From Alloprevotella sp. (GTDB lineage Bacteria > Bacteroidota > Bacteroidia > Bacteroidales > Bacteroidaceae), in the NCBI GenBank assembly GCA_045632685.1, contig JAZQXB010000056.1, positions 8,738 through 72,737 on the forward strand: a stretch of 64,000 nt of DNA, written 5' to 3'. Positions 60,713 through 64,000 of this stretch are shown here, piece after piece. Within the stretch, counting starts at the first letter, position 1; each line of letters opens with the position of its first letter. Both the position numbers and the translations under genes were made by a program. Under the pieces are notes generated by a model that saw only the letters and a list, made by a program, of their open reading frames with translations, searched no databases and was not told where the DNA came from.

Positions 60713-62410
60713 TTACTTGATGTTTATGCGCCCTTGAGGATTGCTATATTCCGCACCGATGACGCCGCCTAAATTTGTTTCAAGGTAGTGGCGCAGAATT
60801 TCAATATCTGCTCCATAATATTTGAAATCGGGAGTGACGCAGCTCAGAATGCCCGAACCTCCTTGCTCAAGAATCAGATAGTCTAACGTCGCCACCGTGT
60901 ATTGATGCGCTTTGTCAAGAGGTTGATACGTGTTACTTTGCTGGTCAAGTACCTCAACCTGCGAGATACGGCGCTCGCCTTCACCAATGCTTGCAAACAT
61001 GCCTGCTGCTTCGTCTTTTATGACGGGGGAGGGGATTTCCTGATTTATCTTGAAGCGCAAACCACTGACTTGCATGAACGTACCCGATTCGGCAGGCAAC
61101 GCAGAAACGGCATATTCTAACACATCAAGCAATTGCTCTCCCGAAAGTGTGCCCGTAGCAATCATATCGCCGAAGGGCATCACATTGATGAGGTCGTTAA
61201 ACAAAATATCGCCACGCTTTATGTTGGTACGAATGCCCCCACCGTTAATGAGAGCGATGTCAGCACCCGTAAATGTGCGTAAGGCATCGGTACAAAAATC
61301 GCCGAGGTTGGATTCCTGCTTGCGTACAATACGCTTTCCGTCGGCATCGTAAATGGTGAGGTCCACCTCACTACTACCTACAACGAAATTACCATCTTCA
61401 CTCACCTTCTCCTTCAGTTGTTCCACAAATTGTTGGCAATCACTATCCGCCGCAACTGCGCCATCGGAGGTATTGATAAGGGATGATTCAAGCGTACCGT
61501 CGGTATTGATGGTCAACTGACCGATGTATTGAAAATTGGTTCCCGAAGAAGTAAGCAATACAGGGAGACCCTCCTTATTGTTGACAAGCTGCTGCTCGAT
61601 GACATGATGGTCGTGAGCGTCAATAACGGCATCCAGGCCCGTAGTGCTACTGATGAGTTCCATAGAATTTGCGTGACCTCCAGTTTTGGGAGTGTCGCCC
61701 AAATGTGCAAGCGCTATGACATAGTCGGCACCCTCTTGGCGAGCTTTGTTGATGAAGTGTTGCGCATTTTCATAAAAATTCTCGCGCATAAAACTATAAA
61801 GCGGATTGCCCTGTTCGTCACACAAACTCGTAACGGTGCCGGTTGTCGTGGTGGTAAAACCTATATAAGCCACATCCACTTCCCCATAACGAATTATCTT
61901 ATAAGCAGGGTAGGGGTAAGCACCTGTTTGTACATTCTTAAGATTGGCACAAACGACTGGAGCATCCAAACTTTCGGTAAGCGCAAACATCTGCTGCATG
62001 CCGTAATCCAGTTCGTGATTACCCAAAGCTACCACATCATAGCCTACATAATTCATCAACTCGACAATTTGTTCCCCCTTAGAAACGGCACCTACAAATC
62101 CGCCACTTGCGAAGTCCCCGCAAGACACTGTAGAGACATAATTCGTGCGTGACAAACATTCATTACGAGCCGTAACAAACATAGGGTAACCATCGACAGT
62201 ACAATGAACATCGTTTTCAAACAACACAATAATCTGTTGCGTAGGCAAGTCGGGCTCCTTGCTCTCAACTGGATCCTGTTGTGTAGGCAAGTCGGGCACC
62301 TCGCTCTCAACTGGATCATCATCGTTACAACCCCAAAATAGGAGGTTACAAATGGCAAAGAGCATTACGAATCCATAACGACTCTTCATGAAAAAATCTC
62401 TTGCTTTCAT
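60713..62410 (-). CDS. Bifunctional metallophosphatase/5'-nucleotidase lipoprotein
   Basis: Lipobox LFWGC, NDVH, GD, GNHELD, AH.H, NGGGIR and MPFG motifs; start could be 62389. Confidence 0.92.
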   Translation of the reverse strand: MKARDFFMKSRYGFVMLFAICNLLFWGCNDDDPVESEVPDLPTQQDPVESKEPDLPTQQIIVLFENDVHCTVDGYPMFVTARNECLSRTNYVSTVSCGDFASGGFVGAVSKGEQIVELMNYVGYDVVALGNHELDYGMQQMFALTESLDAPVVCANLKNVQTGAYPYPAYKIIRYGEVDVAYIGFTTTTTGTVTSLCDEQGNPLYSFMRENFYENAQHFINKARQEGADYVIALAHLGDTPKTGGHANSMELISSTTGLDAVIDAHDHHVIEQQLVNNKEGLPVLLTSSGTNFQYIGQLTINTDGTLESSLINTSDGAVAADSDCQQFVEQLKEKVSEDGNFVVGSSEVDLTIYDADGKRIVRKQESNLGDFCTDALRTFTGADIALINGGGIRTNIKRGDILFNDLINVMPFGDMIATGTLSGEQLLDVLEYAVSALPAESGTFMQVSGLRFKINQEIPSPVIKDEAAGMFASIGEGERRISQVEVLDQQSNTYQPLDKAHQYTVATLDYLILEQGGSGILSCVTPDFKYYGADIEILRHYLETNLGGVIGAEYSNPQGRINIK

Positions 62411-62468
62411 AAGTCTATAACAATTATTTATGAGCAAATTTATAAGCAAAGCTATTACTTAAACTTCC

Positions 62469-63902
62469 TTACCCCACTATCTTCCCCTCTTTCCTATACC
62501 ACCCAATAAACCATACGAGGGCGATGATGGCGCAGGTGCCACCGATGGCGTAGGCGATGGGTTGGGGGAGGGAGAGTCCTTCTGGAGCGATGCAGATGTA
62601 GGTGGAGCAGACCAAGGTCATGAGCAAGGCGGGGAGCAGAGCGATGTAGAAGTTTTTCCCGTGGCGCACCAAATACACTGTGATTGCCCAAAGGGTGAAG
62701 ACGGAGAGTGTTTGGTTGCTCCACGCAAAGTAACGCCAGATAACCTTAAAGCCTTCCGCGTCGCTGAGGCTATAAACGAGCACACCGATGGTGAGCAGGA
62801 ATAGCGGAATACAGATTAGTAAGCGCTTGCGAATGGGTGTTTGGTCGATGTGTAAGAAGTCTGCGGCAATCAATCTCGCTGAGCGCAGAGCGGTATCCCC
62901 ACTCGTGATGGGCGCAGCCACAATGCCGAGAATGGCTAAGATGCCTCCCAACGTGCCAAGCCACTCATTCGAAATGCGCGTTGCCACAGCTGCTCCCGAG
63001 AATGCCTTGCCCGTCTCTGCATCTATCACACCGTTTTCATGGAAGAAGTAAGTGGCGGCCGCCGCCCAAATCAGTGCCACCGCACCTTCGGCAACCATTG
63101 CACCGTAAAAGATGGGGCGACAATGCTTTTCCGACTTCATGCAGCGCGCCATAAGGGGAGATTGCGTAGCGTGAAATCCGCTGATGGCGCCACAAGCAAT
63201 GGAGATGAACATCATGGGGAAAATCGGACTCGCCTCGTACTTCGTGCCGAATCCGTTCCACATTTCAGGCAGGTCAGGATTCTTCACATAAAGCATTACC
63301 AACACCCCCACCGCCATAAACAACAAGGCGAAGGCAAAGAGGGGATAGATCTTGCCGATAATCTTATCCACGGGCATCATCGTGGCGAGCACGTAATACA
63401 GGAAGATGACGACAATCCAGAAATAAGCATCCATCCAGTCGGGCGTCATGCCCGCAATCAACTCTGCTGGACCGCTTACGAACACAGCGCCCACCAGTAT
63501 CATCAGTATCATCGTGAAGACAGTCATCACCTTCTTCGTGCGCATTCCCAAATAGCGCCCCACAATTTCGGGCAGACTCTCACCGCCGTTTCTGATAGAC
63601 AAGGCGCCCGAGAAGAAGTCGTGCACTGCCCCCGCAAAGATAGTGCCGAACACAATCCATAGATAAGACGCCGTGCCAAACTGCGCACCCATAATTGCCC
63701 CAAAGATAGGACCGAGACCCGCAATGTTCAAGAACTGAATCATAAAGATTTTCCAATTTGGCAGGGGCACAAAATCTACCCCGTCTGCCATAGTGATGGC
63801 AGGCGTCGGGCGGTTGTCGGGGCCAAATACACGGTTTACGTAAGAACCGTAAATCCAATATCCAAGTACGAGCACTACGAGTGCGATGGTAAAGGTGATC
63901 AT
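62469..63902 (-). CDS. cstA: Carbon starvation protein A (peptide/pyruvate transporter)
   Basis: NIAGLGPIFG, GAVHD, IACGAISGFHATQSP and TSGDTA motifs. Confidence 0.95.
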   Translation of the reverse strand: MITFTIALVVLVLGYWIYGSYVNRVFGPDNRPTPAITMADGVDFVPLPNWKIFMIQFLNIAGLGPIFGAIMGAQFGTASYLWIVFGTIFAGAVHDFFSGALSIRNGGESLPEIVGRYLGMRTKKVMTVFTMILMILVGAVFVSGPAELIAGMTPDWMDAYFWIVVIFLYYVLATMMPVDKIIGKIYPLFAFALLFMAVGVLVMLYVKNPDLPEMWNGFGTKYEASPIFPMMFISIACGAISGFHATQSPLMARCMKSEKHCRPIFYGAMVAEGAVALIWAAAATYFFHENGVIDAETGKAFSGAAVATRISNEWLGTLGGILAILGIVAAPITSGDTALRSARLIAADFLHIDQTPIRKRLLICIPLFLLTIGVLVYSLSDAEGFKVIWRYFAWSNQTLSVFTLWAITVYLVRHGKNFYIALLPALLMTLVCSTYICIAPEGLSLPQPIAYAIGGTCAIIALVWFIGWYRKEGKIVG

Positions 63903-64000
63903 AACTATTGATGTTTTTGAAGGGGGAGATGATGCAGCGACTTTTTGAACGCTGGGTTCAAAAAGAACACAGTTACAAAATTCGTGTTTTTTGTGGAGAT

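Overview
This is a Bacteroidales (Prevotellaceae-like) chromosomal window, judged from TAnnTTTG promoters, a T9SS C-terminal signal and gene order. It is mostly housekeeping genes (ribF, argB, speA, aroK, topA, sufCDS, rnhB, gyrB, argF', mnmA, xseAB, trmB, waaA, gltX, metG, rpoN, purE, ispG, mdh, cstA) plus five tRNA genes. The intergenic DNA is densely colonised by several repeat families. The best candidate for an undescribed system is a lone DUF559 (Vsr-like) endonuclease gene (23822-24232) bracketed by two 180-260 bp dimeric palindromic elements. Three more copies of that element and one variant lie elsewhere in the window with no gene. Their second hairpin shows compensatory variation, and a polar tandem array of element termini sits next to the nuclease. 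This resembles REP/RAYT organisation but with a non-HUH nuclease. A second candidate is an AT-rich accessory array after mdh, where an AbiEii toxin-antitoxin module and an AAA-DUF4143 module are each delimited by copies of the same 38-39 bp hairpin. Beyond it lies a ~300 nt structured leader. All family assignments come from motif recognition only; no searches were run.
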